Below are positions 14,170 to 26,379 of a DNA stretch of 64,000 bases, one piece after another; within the stretch, counting starts at the first letter, position 1; each line of letters begins with the position of its first letter. The stretch is from Squalus acanthias (taxonomy: Eukaryota). The notes below the pieces were generated by a model. That model made no database searches. It was given only the letters and a program-made list of their open reading frames with translations, and was not told the origin of the DNA. Location: contig CM059432.1 of NCBI GenBank assembly GCA_030390025.1, positions 29,948,001-30,012,000 of the forward strand, given 5' to 3'. The position numbers and the translations under genes are program-made.

Positions 14170-14452
14170 TTTTTATTTATTCTTGGGTTGTGGGCAACAC
14201 TACAAAGGCAGTATTTATTGCAAATTCCTAGTTCTCCTGAGGGCATTCAGATAAACCATGTAGTGTGGGACAGGAGTCACGTGTAAGCCAGACCAGGTAG
14301 GGATAGCAGATCTCTTCCCCGAGAACAATAGTGAATCAGTTGGGTTTGTACAACAATCTGGCAGCTTTCATGGTCATTCTTTCTGGTGCCAGCACAGAAA
14401 TTAACAGATTTTCATTTCACAATTAGCTTTAAACTCTGGATTCCTAGTCCTA
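14170..14452 (-). mobile_element. Degraded Nin-domain SINE
   Basis: Similar to 20657-20950. Confidence 0.65.
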
Positions 14453-14702
14453 AAATGAATGGATGGAAAATCATGGCTCCTGACTATCTGGGAGGCATTG
14501 ATAAGTGGTTGTGAAGAAGGGAGAATTCCGAGCAAAACAGAATGAGAGGAGAATAAAGGGGGGCAAATCACCAATTTTAGGACCCAAACAGGTGATCTAG
14601 GCTGAGTGTCCAGTGCAGTACTGAGCAACTGTTTAAGTTTTGTAGGACTTTCAGATGAGAGATAAAACCGAGGTCCTCCCTGCATGTCCAAGTGAACATG
14701 AT

Positions 14703-14861
14703 AAAAAAAAACAAAAGCAAAATACTGCGGATGCTGGAAATCTGAAATAAAAACAGAAAATGCTGGAAATACTCAGCAGGTCAGGCAGCATCTGTGGAGA
14801 GATAAACAGAGTTAATGTTTCAGGTTGATGACCCTTCGTCTTTCTCCACAGATGCTGCCTG
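14703..14861 (-). mobile_element. Short Penelope-type pLTR insertion (second family) with small inversion
   Basis: Homologous to 19395-19524. Flanked by acatgat at 14696-14702 and 14862-14868. Confidence 0.8.
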
Positions 14862-16430
14862 ACATGATTTAAAAAAAACCTGCAATGGGAAGATGGTAAT
14901 ATTTGCATTCTGGAGTGATGAAGTTGATGGAGTCAAAGGGCCTCCTTCATTCAATTCTATCTAATGGTAGGGGAATCACATCCAATGACTTCATTTTTAT
15001 TATTCCATGTTGGGCTAGCTTGCCATCTTGGGCTTGATGTTGTTTTGATCAGTGTTAACTGTGGAGTGTCCAAACTACAGCCAATAGCCCACAAGCCCTG
15101 GCTATCTGTCCCACAACACCCTGGTGAAACAGTTTCTATTTGTGCCCATATTTCTCACACTACTGAGTTTACCTGCTTGAAGTTCATGGGCCTGGTGCTT
15201 TGGAAAGGCCCATTCTCAGCCTCAATGGTGGAAAAAATGCTAAATTCATCTGACTGTTCGGACTGCTCTTACATGAAATTAATTACACAAAATTAGCTTT
15301 TAAACTTAGAAGTGGCGGTTAGTTTTCAACTTTATTGGTCTATATGTGGTCTATGGGGCTCCAGGATGCAATTAAATAACTCGAACACAAAAAGGTTAGA
15401 TACTCCAACTCTAATACAGAGGCAACATAAAAAAAAAGATTTAAGATTGTGCTGTTTAACAAAGAAAAAAGATCTCTAAAATCAGTTCTTTTACAGCTAA
15501 TTTAACAGTTTGGAGCATGCACACATTTCTTAGAATGAAGCTATAAACAAGAGAAACTTGCACTGTTATTTCAATTAACCTGCGTTATACCCTGGTGCAT
15601 TGAGATATCAAACGCGACGACACTGCATCCATTAACAAACGGTTCTGAAGCGTCCCCTCGCCATTATATAGCATTTATACACGGGAATCAGACATGGAAG
15701 CTAATGAAGCTGAACATAACAAGAGGTCCTAAACTGCACACAACTGAATTTTCAAGCTCTATTACAGGGGAAAGTGCTGATTCTCCATAAGCAGGGGAGA
15801 GAAAATACACAGCAGTGGGCAGTGGCTTGTGTCCTTGCCTCTACTAATCTACAGAACAAGCTTCTCCATCTGTATGTTACATATCCTGAATTCATCATCT
15901 GTGAATGGCTGATTTTTGAGCACTGATGGTGCAGAAACAGCACATATTTCTTTCAACAACGAGATTCTCTCTTTGTTGTTACCTGGAGTTAGCTAACTTT
16001 ACAGTCAGACTGGTCTGAAAGAGGGAAACTTGAAAGGCTTGGTGGGGGCTGTGAGGAAGGAGGCTTCTTAGAAAGGAAGTTTGTAAAGTTCAGAAGGTCC
16101 TCATTAAAGAGGAAATATTCAAACTTAGGGTGGGGGAGGAGCCCTCCTTTAAAAGGGGAGAGGAGCAGTTGGGGAGGTGGCGCCCCTTAAAGAGGGCACT
16201 TTCAATGCTGGAGCAAGTGGGCTCTACATAGAGAGAATATCCTCCTTTAAGTGCAGATAACCACTGAAGAAAATGCTCAATTAAGGGAATCTTGTCTCCT
16301 AATTAAACTGCTAAATTAGCTACAAACAGCATTTCCATCTGTACTTCCATCTTGTTCTTTTTTCTGTCTCAAGACAAAACATCATGGGGGAGGAGAATTA
16401 ATTTCACTATAAATTGATCCTTTAAAAGAA

Positions 16431-16880
16431 AGAAACAAAGATAATTTACATTTATATAGCGCCTTTCACAACCTCATGATATCCCAAAGTGCTTTACAGC
16501 CAATTAAGTACTGTTGAAGTGTAGTCACTGTTGTAATGTAGGAAACACGGCAGCCAATTTGCACACAAGGTCCCACAAACAATGAAATAAATGACCAGTT
16601 CACCTGTTTTTAGGTGTTGATTGAGGGGATAAATACTGGCCAGGTTACGAGCAGAACTCCCCTGTTCTTCTTCGAATAGTGCCATGGGATCTTTTACATC
16701 CACCTGAGAGGGAAGGCAGGACCTCAGTTTAAAGTCTCTTCTGAAAGACGGTATTTCCAACAGTGCAGCACACCCTCAGTACTGCACTTGAGTGTCAGCC
16801 TAGATTACATGCTTAACTCTGGAGTTGGACTTGAATACACAACCTCAGAGGCAAGAGTGCCACCACTGAGCCAAGGCTGA
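16431..16880 (-). mobile_element. Full-length tRNA-derived Deu-domain SINE (SacSINE1-like)
   Basis: A box TGGCTCAGTGG, B-box-like TTCAAGTCC, Deu-like core (ggatgtaaaagatcccatggcactattcgaagaag), L2-like tail gcgctatataaatg. Confidence 0.85.
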
Positions 16881-19039
16881 AGTACTACAGTATTTAGGTG
16901 ATCCCAAGCTTTGGTTGTGAAATCCCATAGACCAGGAGTCCAAGTTTTGTCTTCGTGGGCCACATAGGTATGGAGCTTCAGGGGCTATATATAAAATTTA
17001 AATCCATGTTCCCATTAATTTGCTTATATCTCAACCTTCTAATACAAACAGATGAGTGTTCTCATTGAACTTATCCACCAAAAATGTTCATTCTAAACCT
17101 CCAGGCCCACAAATTTCAAAGAAGAAATATCTGCAAAAAGATCGAGTTAACTGGGTTTTGAGAGCTGGATTATCTTGGTTTGGCTGTCACACGGAATTAC
17201 ATAAAGATTACAACACGTCCCAATGAGTCCTTGTTGATGTTTCTCCTCCATATGAGCAGTTGTCCTAATCCCATGTGCCTGTGGAGTTTCCATGTTCCTT
17301 CAGTCTTCTTTCCTTCAATTACCTATTCTTAAATGTTGACACGGTCTCTGCTTAAACCACTAACTCCAGTAGTGCATTCCATAGCCTCACAACCCTCTGT
17401 AAAAAAAAGTCCAACATCTCTTCTAATTAATCGTTGATCTATGTTCCCTTGTTCTAGACCCCTTAACTATGTGGTCCTAGGATCATAAACTGGACATCGC
17501 TGAGAAAGGGAAACCGAGGGAGGTAGGGAACCTTTGGTTCTGGGAAGGTATGAGTTAAAGTACGAGATGAGTCTTGGTTTCAATGCACTGAGGATATAGA
17601 TGTGGATGCAGGATGAGGCGTTTAGAGCTTAGGAGGAATGAATTGTCAATAAGAGAGGCAAGACAGAATGGTGATCTAGAACAGACAACGAGATGTTCTC
17701 CTACAAAGTGGGAGAGTTAAAAATAAACTTCTGTGGGAGACTCAAAATGGGAGGAGGTGGGAATAGTGGAGTACTTTGTAGCAAAAGTAATGTTTTTAAC
17801 CTAGAAATGTTTGTGAATGAAACAGATGAGGTTTAATAAAAGACAGGGCTAAATAAGCCATGCTAACTCAGCAGTTTTCTCCAGCTGAACACAAATGGAA
17901 AGCTTAACACAGTAAAGTGACAATTTGCTCAATCACTATAAAAAACAATAGGGAGAGAAGACTTGCCCAGTAACAATTTGCACTCTATTCTCAATTTACT
18001 GTAAACTGCTGAATAACCATTTACTCTGTAACACACATTTTATTTACCTAGATAGACAGAGTTTCCAGTAACTTTATCACAGCAGAGGAAACCAAAATAG
18101 TGACCTAAAACCTCCTCCGTCAATCACTTCAGGAGTGTCACCATCAGGCCTCTTTTTAAAAAAAAGTGGATGTCAAAGGTAGTCTTAAAGTTTTGTTTTC
18201 TGATGAAGGTGGTCCTTCAACTGCCCTTCTTGACAACCCGCTCCAGCTGCTGATCACACTCCGTTAATACTTTCCTGCATCTGCGCTAAACTTGTCCTTC
18301 ACAACTCTATAAACTTGTGCTCGCTTGTCCTGCTGCATCTGAAAATATTGCTTCAGGTTTACTTTCTCTATACCTTTGAGTAGGGAATTATGGATACACA
18401 TTTGAAGCAGAGCAATATACAGGGATATGGGAAGAAAGCAGGACACTGGGGCCGATACATACACGATGAGTCGAATGGCCCCCTTCTATGCTGTAAATAA
18501 ATGTCTATGGTTGTACCTTAATGTATCTCTATAATACATCCATTGAGATACCTCTGAGGCTGAAGTGCCCTTTTTTCTCATTTCTCAATGAGCTGTTTCT
18601 CATTTCTCCTGCCTCTGATATCGAGAAAGGCGAGAACATATGGAAGAACAAATGTCTGACTAAACTAATACAGTCCTGTAGAGAGACTGGAAACTTTGTC
18701 CAAAATATATTAATGAGCGATCTGATCTGAGCAGCAAAGAATCTCCATCTGGGGCAAAACAAGTTGGCATAGGTCTCAGACCTCATATGATGTGGGAATA
18801 GAAAATCATGTGCGGTATTACCTATCTGTAAAGACATTTCCATATTTCTGCGCCTGCACTCGCCATGGTTTCCACAAAACCCAACAAAGTAGGTTACACT
18901 ACTACATGTGGAATAATTAAGAATTTTTTTTGGGGTTCCTTCTCCGTTTTATTTTTTCTGCACCTCTTCATGGGTGCATTTATCACTCAGACTGGTAGCT
19001 GCAGTTTGGGTTCCAGTCAGGCAGAACCCTGTTTATATT

Positions 19040-19524
19040 AAATAAAAACAGAAAACGCTGGAAATACTCAGGAGGTCAGGCAGCATCTGTGGAGAGAGAA
19101 ACAGAGTTAATGTTTCAGGTCGATGACCCTTCATCATAACTGGAAAAAGTTGGAGATGGAACAGGTTTTTAAGCAAGTGCAGGGGCAGGGAAAGGGGGGA
19201 GGGGAAGAAAGAACAAAAGGGAAGATCTGTGATAGGATAGAAGGCAGGAGAGATTAAGAGACAAAAGGGATGATGGTACAAGTTAACAAAGATGATTCTA
19301 GATGAAGTGTAAATGGCAATGGCAGAATGATCGACAGCTGCCATATGAGAGAAAAAAAGAAGAAAAAAAAATAGGGGCAAAAAAGATTAGCTCTGACGAA
19401 GGGTCATCGACCTGAAACGTTAACTGTGTTTCTCTCTGCACAGATGTTGCCTGACCTGCTGAGTATTTCCAGCATTTTCTGTTTTTATTTCAGATTTCCA
19501 GCATCCACAGTATTTTGCTTTTGT
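19040..19524 (+). mobile_element. Non-coding Penelope-type pLTR insertion (second family) with inverted arms
   Basis: 15-bp TSD aaccctgtttatatt at 19025-19039 and 19525-19539. 19040-19140 is inverted relative to about 19391-19490. Hammerhead core in both arms. Confidence 0.85.
19391..19424 (+). ncRNA. Minimal hammerhead ribozyme motif (second PLE family)
   Basis: CTGACGA-ag-ggtc-atc-gacc-t-GAAA-cg-TT-aac with AACGTT palindrome. The 5' arm of stem I is altered at the junction. Confidence 0.7.
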
Positions 19525-20062
19525 AACCCTGTTTATATTGCTTGGCTCCTGCATGGCAGAACCTTTAAAGCTTTGCAATCCTGGCAAAAATTAGGTTGTG
19601 CTGACTCAATTTGCAGGATCAGCAAACAGATGCTGAGCATCCAGCACGAGGTGCTCCTCTGCTGTTGGGGGCCTTCTTAGTGGGGTCAGCGGCCATGGAT
19701 ACAGAGGATCGCCTTCTTCTCCAAAGAGCCATCCATCCAGTGTTTCTTCTCCTTCAAATAATGCAGGCAAGGTGCACAGCCAAGGCTGCTTCCTGGATAT
19801 TGGACTTTCATGTTATGATGATGCTCCTGTGGTCAGATACCACCTAAACACGGAATGCAAATTTTCTTTTTTCATAAAGTCATAGGATTCATATCAAGAA
19901 TGCCACGTGTGACTCCTTGCACTTGAGGGAACTGCCAACATAATGAAAGGTCTGCACCCAGTCCAAATGTTTCCTTACTTTACCCATGGAAGAAGTAAAG
20001 TGCTACCCCTTGCAAAAAATAGCAGTTGTTTCTTCTCGGACACGTGTACGCATAGCAGGTTT

Positions 20063-21551
20063 AAGAACATAAAAAATAAGAGCAGGAGTAGGCCATACGG
20101 CCCCTCGAGCCTGCTCCGCCATTCAATAAGATCATGGCTGATCATCGACCTCAACTCCACTTTCCTGCACTATCCCCATATCCCTTGATTCCCCTAGAGT
20201 CCAAAAATCTATCTATCTCAGCCTTGAATATACTCAAAGACTCAGCATCCACAGCCCTCTGGGGCAGAAAATTCCAAAGATTCACAACCCTCTGAGTGAA
20301 GAAATTCCTCCTCATCTCGGTCTTAAATGGCCTACCCCTTATCCTGAGACTAGACACGTCAGCCAGGGGAAACAACTGTCAATCCCCTTCAGAATCTTGT
20401 ATGTTTCAATGAGATCACCTCTCATTCTTCTAAACTCCATAGGCCCCCTCATTCCAGGAATCAATCTTGCACCGCCTCCAAGACATGGGGTTGGGGGGGT
20501 AATGGATTGGTTAACAGACAGAAAACAGAGAGGGTCTTTTTCAGGTTGGCAGGCCTGGTGGGGTGCCACGATAAGGAGACCAAAAGTGTGGCCCTGTACA
20601 ATTGTAGCAACTCTTGCAATAAAGGCCATTTGTCTTCCTTATTGCTTGCTTTTTTATTCATTCACGGGATGTGGGCGTCACTGGCAAGCATTTATTGTCC
20701 ATCCCTAATTTCAGAGGGTAGTTAAGTCAACCACATTGCTGTGGGTCTGGAGTCAGGTAAGGATGGCAGGTTTCCTTCCCTAAAGGACATTAGTGAGCCA
20801 GATGGGTTTTTACGACAATCCGGTAGTTTCATGGTGCTAGCTTTTTATTCCAGATTTATTTAATTAACTGAATTTAAATTCCCCAACTGCCGTGGTGGGA
20901 TTTGAACTCATGTCCCTGGATCATTAGTCCAGGCCTCTGGATTACTAGTCCAGCAACATAACCACTATGCTACCGTTCCCTCGCTGTACCTGCATGCTAA
21001 CTTTCTGTGTTTCTTGCACGAGGACACCCAAATCTCTCTGAACAGCAACATTTAAAAGTTTCTCAACATTTAAAAAATATTCTGTTTTTCTATTCTTCCT
21101 ACCAAAGTGAATAACCCACATTTCCCTACATTAAACTCCATCTGCCACCTTACTGTCCACTCACTTAGTCTATCTATATCCCTTTGCAGACTCTTTGTGT
21201 TCTCCTCATAGCTTACTGTCCCACCTAGCTTTGTATCATCAGCAAACTTGGATACATTACACTCGGTCCCTTCATCTAGGTCATTAATATAGATTGTAAA
21301 TAGTTGAGGCCCCAACACTGATCCTTGCGGCACCCCACCAGTTACAGCCTGCCAACCTGAAGACGACCCGTTTATCTCTACTCACTGTTTTCTGTCCGTT
21401 AACCAATCCTCTATCCATATATTACCCCCAACCCCATGAGCCCTTATCTTGTGTAATAACCTTTTATGTGGCACCTTATCGAATGCCTTTTGTAAATCCA
21501 AATATATTACATCCACTGGTTCCCCTTTATCTACCCTGCTAGTTACATCCT
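20063..21551 (-). mobile_element. CR1 3' part, rearranged and interrupted by a Nin-SINE
   Basis: RT fragments PQGSVLGP, FADD; 3'UTR at 20063-20160. Confidence 0.85.
20657..20980 (-). mobile_element. tRNA-derived Nin-domain SINE inserted in CR1
   Basis: B box GAGTTCAAATCC; Nin-like core gtcgtaaaaacccatctggctcactaatgtcctttagggaaggaaacctgcc; tail shared with the LINE at 2322-3919. Confidence 0.8.
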
Positions 21552-23514
21552 CTGGGGTAGTTTGGAAAAATCTGGTATCAAGAAAGTTTCATTCTGTAGT
21601 AACCTTCACTTCTAGTGCAAGAGCCATCCCTTTTCCAGATGTTTGTAGATCATTGGACAGCAGATGGCAGAGCTCTGTAGCAGCCTGTCTTGTATAGCAA
21701 AGGTGGCAATGATACGACTCCTTTGACATGTCCAGATTCATGTCCTGGGATAGTGGCCAGTCATTGCCTACAAATTGCTGGCCCCTCACAAATCCCTCTT
21801 CATAATCTCATTTATGCAGCATGTTAAAAGCCCCTAAAGGAATGCCTATCCTCACCTCTTTCTACACTATGACACAGCCGATAGTAACCAAAAATACCGG
21901 AGATTGGAGGGGAAACAAACCCCAAAACGTAAAAATGAAGGACACCCCAAAAAAAATCTAATGTGTAGAACAAAATACACTGGAAAATGCAAACATAATT
22001 AAGCAATACTTACCTTCTTTCTTTAAGAGGCGTGCTTCAGCTGGTGAGTTCCCTAGAAATCTGATATAACCTTTTATGGTGAAGGCTCGCTCTTATAATC
22101 GGATTTACATAGTTTAATGAGGCTGCACCCTATAGTGCAGCCTCGTTATTCGTTCCCAAATCGCCGGTCAGAAAATTGTTCACCCTGTGAGTGCCAGGGC
22201 GGCACTCGATTTTCTGACTCACGAATGTTGCATGAGCAACGCCAGGTGCTTGCAAAATTTACCCTGAACTCTCTTGACCAAGAGAGTGCTCTATGCATAT
22301 TCTGCATGAGCAGAATCGACACCTCACAGTAAGAAATATTAATGTTTAGAGAGAAGGAAGCAGGCAATCACTGCTCTCTATACATTTAAAATGAGGTAAG
22401 ATTGGTTAAAAATAACCCACAAGTACCTGGTTGGACTGGATTTACACTATATTGCGGTGTCAACTGAAGTGGTGAGAGTCTAGCGCCTCCAGAGAATGTC
22501 ACTCCGGAGTCAAGTCGGGCTCTGACTCCAGATTTATATTGTAAGATTAGCTCAGCACTGACATGAAAGTTGCAGTGTGCATGCACTCTACGTCTCCACC
22601 TTTTAGCTTTCCCCCCTTGAGATGCAATGTCTTTGATCTGAGACTTTGTTCTTAGGCTTCTGCCAGTGGTGCTTTATAATGCAACTGTGGTCAGCGACTC
22701 AACAGTGGTCCACTCTGAGGTTGGGAACGAGGAGGAAACAGAAGCAGCACATGGCTGACCAGTACATCGTTCAGCCGTGTATGTGTCGTGCTACTTGTCA
22801 TTGTGCAGTCTCTGCAACAATAATGTGCATAGGTTAAAGAACAGAAAAACCCTCCACGCAAAATGCAAAAAAGTATTTCTAACCATGTAGATTTACAAAC
22901 TTGCCAACTAACGGAGACGTAGAAAGATTTACTTTAATTACTTACACAAATTGCTCTAATCTTTGCCAATTTGATTTTTCAAGGTTTTTTATTGTTGTAT
23001 ATTTAGGAATTGTAAAAAACGAGCTTAGTCAAGGTATTGGCTTTTTGTTGCTTCTGCCTGAGAGCGTGATGAATGGCCCTAACTGCACCGCTCCTTGTAA
23101 TAATGCAGGTTAACGGGGAGCAGTGGAACAGGGAGCAAGGTTTCTGCTTCCTAGAGGCTTCCTGCTCCCATAAGTAATAAATCAAACATGCTGGTGATGT
23201 AGTTTGCAAATAACACAGGCCTTTTCTGATCTGGGGCTGGCTGCAGCCGTTTAAACAGACAGTGTTTCATGTCTTGAGGCAGCTGGTAAAGGGCTTGAAA
23301 GGTACACATTTGTATGCTGGTCTCAACTGCTGCACTCAAACTCTTCCCCCTCTCTCTTATGGTATTATATCACTGCAAGGGAAGGGGAGGAGGGCGTAAA
23401 AGTTGGGAAGGAAAAGTTAGATAGACCCAGTCCTGCCTACTGATGTCTCCTTTTTCCTTTTATATTTCCCTTAAGTTCTAAATATTCATCCAATTGACCA
23501 ACTATCTTCAGCAT

Positions 23515-24300
23515 CCTAGGCCTAACTATAACCAGCTGCTTCGTCAATGATCTTCCTTCCATGATAGGATTACAGAAGGGGAGCTGTACGTTGATGATTA
23601 CACAGTGTTCAACACCATTCGCAATTCCCCGGATAATGAAGCAGTCCCTGCCCGCATGCAGCAAGACCTGGACAACATTCAAGCTTGGGCTTATAAGTGG
23701 CAGGCAATGACCATCTCAGGCACTGACCAGAACTCAACTGGAATAACCAAATAAATACCACAGCTACTAGAGCCCGTTAGAGTATTCTGTGGCAAGTGTC
23801 TCACCTTCTGACTCCCAAAGCTTCTCCACCATTTACAAGGCACAAGCTAGGAGTGAGATGGAATACTCTCCACTTGCCTGAATGGGTGCAACTGCAATAA
23901 CACAAGAAGCTCGACACCATCAAGGATAAAGCAGACCAATTGATTAGCACCCCATCTGCGAGCTTAAATATCCACTCCCTCCACCACCGGCGCACCGTGG
24001 CTGCAGTGTGTACTATCTACAGGATGCACTACATCTTGCCAAGGTTTCTTCAGCAGCACCTTTCAATTTTGCGACCTCTACCACCCAGAAGGACAAGAGC
24101 AGCAGGTGCGTGGGAACACCACCACGCTTAAGTTCGCCTCCAAGTCACGTACCATCTTGACTTGGACATACATAATCGCCATTCGTCCATTGTCGCTGGG
24201 TTAAAATCCTGGAACTCCCTACCTAACAGCAATGTGGGAGTACCTTCACCACATGAACTGCAGTGGTTTAAGGCGGCGGCCAAACACCACTTTCTCAAAA
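23515..24300 (+). mobile_element. Older fragment of the same LINE family as 2322-3919
   Basis: Collinear with 2950-3850, with deletions. Confidence 0.8.
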
Positions 24301-25431
24301 TCACTTCGACTTCGCTGTGTGGAACATTCATTGCATTGTTTCCTACACAGTAAAGTCAAAGTGATTTAAAAAAAATCATTTTTCAGGATGTGGGCGTTGC
24401 TGGAAAAGCCAGCATTTATTGCCCATCCCTATAAAGATTCCCCCTCAACCACCAGTACCAAAAAACATATGTCTACATAGTAACAGTGACTATACTTAAA
24501 AGGTAATCATTGGTAGTAAAGCGCTTTGGGATATTCTGAGATAACAAAAGGCTCCATATCAATGCCAGTTCTTTCTTTAAAAGATTGAAGGAAACTTGCA
24601 ATGTGTTTGATATATTCAAGTAGACATTTTTTTATGCTATTTCACACACCCTATTATAGGGATCATTGTCAATTGATTCAGAAGTAAACACGACTACTGC
24701 TTCAGGAACGAGAAGAAAAAAAACCAAACCAAACCAAACAAGACGTGACGAGAGGCAGTATCCTCAAGAGTGGTTTTGTTAAGATCAGTCAAGATGCCGA
24801 TTAACTTGCTTCAGATTACACTAATATTTTACAGTTTATTTTATATGTAGTGTCTGTGTAATTTTTTGATTAAATATCAATGACTGTGTCATTGCAATTT
24901 GAGTTATGTTGTACACCTGTGAATCAAAATGTTCTGAAATTTATCACTTAGCTCCATTGCTTGGGGGATCTAATTAAGTAAGTTTCAATTCTGTAGAATG
25001 AAGACTAATATTACAAAGAATAACAAATGCACTGCAATTGGCCTCGTTACTCTGGGCTTGGGTGGGAAAAATCAGCTATATTTCCTCCTCCTCTAACCTA
25101 ATAGTCTTTTAGCAGTCTAAAAACAGAGGTCACAAATTTTTTGGTCTCAGTTTCTTTTCAGCAGAGCAGGAACCGGGAGGAGCGGGAAGTCGGCGTAGGA
25201 CCAAGGGGACACAAGACCGGGAAGTCAGCGAAAGACCAGGGAGGTAAGACTAACTGGTAAGTACTTTCCTCAAACCTTCCTAGAAAGTACAACTAAAACT
25301 AGTGCGATTTGGTTAGTTTAAAAAGGAATAAGAGGAGTACAGTATACATTGGTCTAAGTAAGCTTCGGGAAAACAAAAGTCAATAAATAAACTAAAACTA
25401 GAAAATTAATAAGTAATATAAGGGTTAAGTC

Positions 25432-26379
25432 ATGGCAGTAGAGCTCGGACCTGTGTCATGCTCCTCCTGTAACATGTGGGAAATCATGGACGCTTCCTGT
25501 GTCCCTGACAACCATGTGTGCGGGAAGTGTGTCCAGCTGCAGCTCATGTGGGACCGCATGACGGCCCTTGAGCTGCGGATGGACTCACTTTGGAGCATCC
25601 ACGATTCTGAGAGGGTTGTGAATAGCACATTTAGTGAGTTGGTCACACCGCAGGTTAAGGCCAGAGTAGATAGTACATGGGTGACCAAAAGGCAGAGCAA
25701 GGGCAGGAAGGTAGTGCAGGAATCCCCTGGGGTTGTCTCCCTCAGCAACAGGTTCACCGCCTTAGGTGCTGTTGTCGGGGGGGATGACTCATCGGGGGAA
25801 GGCACCAGCAGCCAGGCTCATGGCACCATGACTGGCTCTGTTGCAAAGAAGGGAGGGAAAAAGAGTGGCAGGGCTATAGTAATAGGGGATTCGATTGTAA
25901 GGGGAATAGATAGGAGTTTCTGTGGTCGCGACCGAGACTCCAGGATGGTAATTTGCCTCCCTGGTGCAAGGGTCAAGGATGTCTCGGCGCGGGTGCAGAA
26001 CATTCTGGAGGGGGAGGGGGAACAGCCAGTTGTCATGATACATGTTGGTACCAACGACGTAGCTAAAAAAAGGGAAGAGGTCCTACAAGTAGAATTTAGG
26101 GAGTTAGGAGCCAAGCTAAAAAGTAGGACCTCGAAGGTAGTAATCTCTGGATTACTACCAGTGCCACGTGCTAGTAAGAGTACAGAGAACAGGATAGTTA
26201 GGCTAAATACGTGGCTTGAGCAGTGGTGTAAGAGGGAGGGTTTTAAATTTTTGAGGCATTGGGACCAGTTTTGTGGTAGGTGTGACCTATACAAAAGGGA
26301 CGGTCTACACCTGTGCAAAGATGGAACTGATGTTCTCGGGGTAAATTTTGATAAAGCAGTTCGGGAGCATTTAAACTAG
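25432..26379 (+). CDS. CR1 ORF1p (N-terminal CxxC-CxxC zinc finger/zipper + SGNH esterase domain)
   Basis: CSSC...CGKC; esterase blocks GDSIVRG, LPGA, HVGTND, DGLHL. Confidence 0.95.
   Translation: MAVELGPVSCSSCNMWEIMDASCVPDNHVCGKCVQLQLMWDRMTALELRMDSLWSIHDSERVVNSTFSELVTPQVKARVDSTWVTKRQSKGRKVVQESPGVVSLSNRFTALGAVVGGDDSSGEGTSSQAHGTMTGSVAKKGGKKSGRAIVIGDSIVRGIDRSFCGRDRDSRMVICLPGARVKDVSARVQNILEGEGEQPVVMIHVGTNDVAKKREEVLQVEFRELGAKLKSRTSKVVISGLLPVPRASKSTENRIVRLNTWLEQWCKREGFKFLRHWDQFCGRCDLYKRDGLHLCKDGTDVLGVNFDKAVREHLN

Noticed and set aside
16090..16290. Recurring cc(t/c)ttaaa(a/g)ggg motifs as a CRISPR-like or tandem array
   Set aside because: Too degenerate and irregularly spaced to support.
16800..16880. 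tRNA gene
   Set aside because: The A/B boxes belong to a SINE head contiguous with the Deu core; no complete cloverleaf.
21990..22266. Possible additional MITE ending aaaatttaccc
   Set aside because: No matching left TIR or TSD found.
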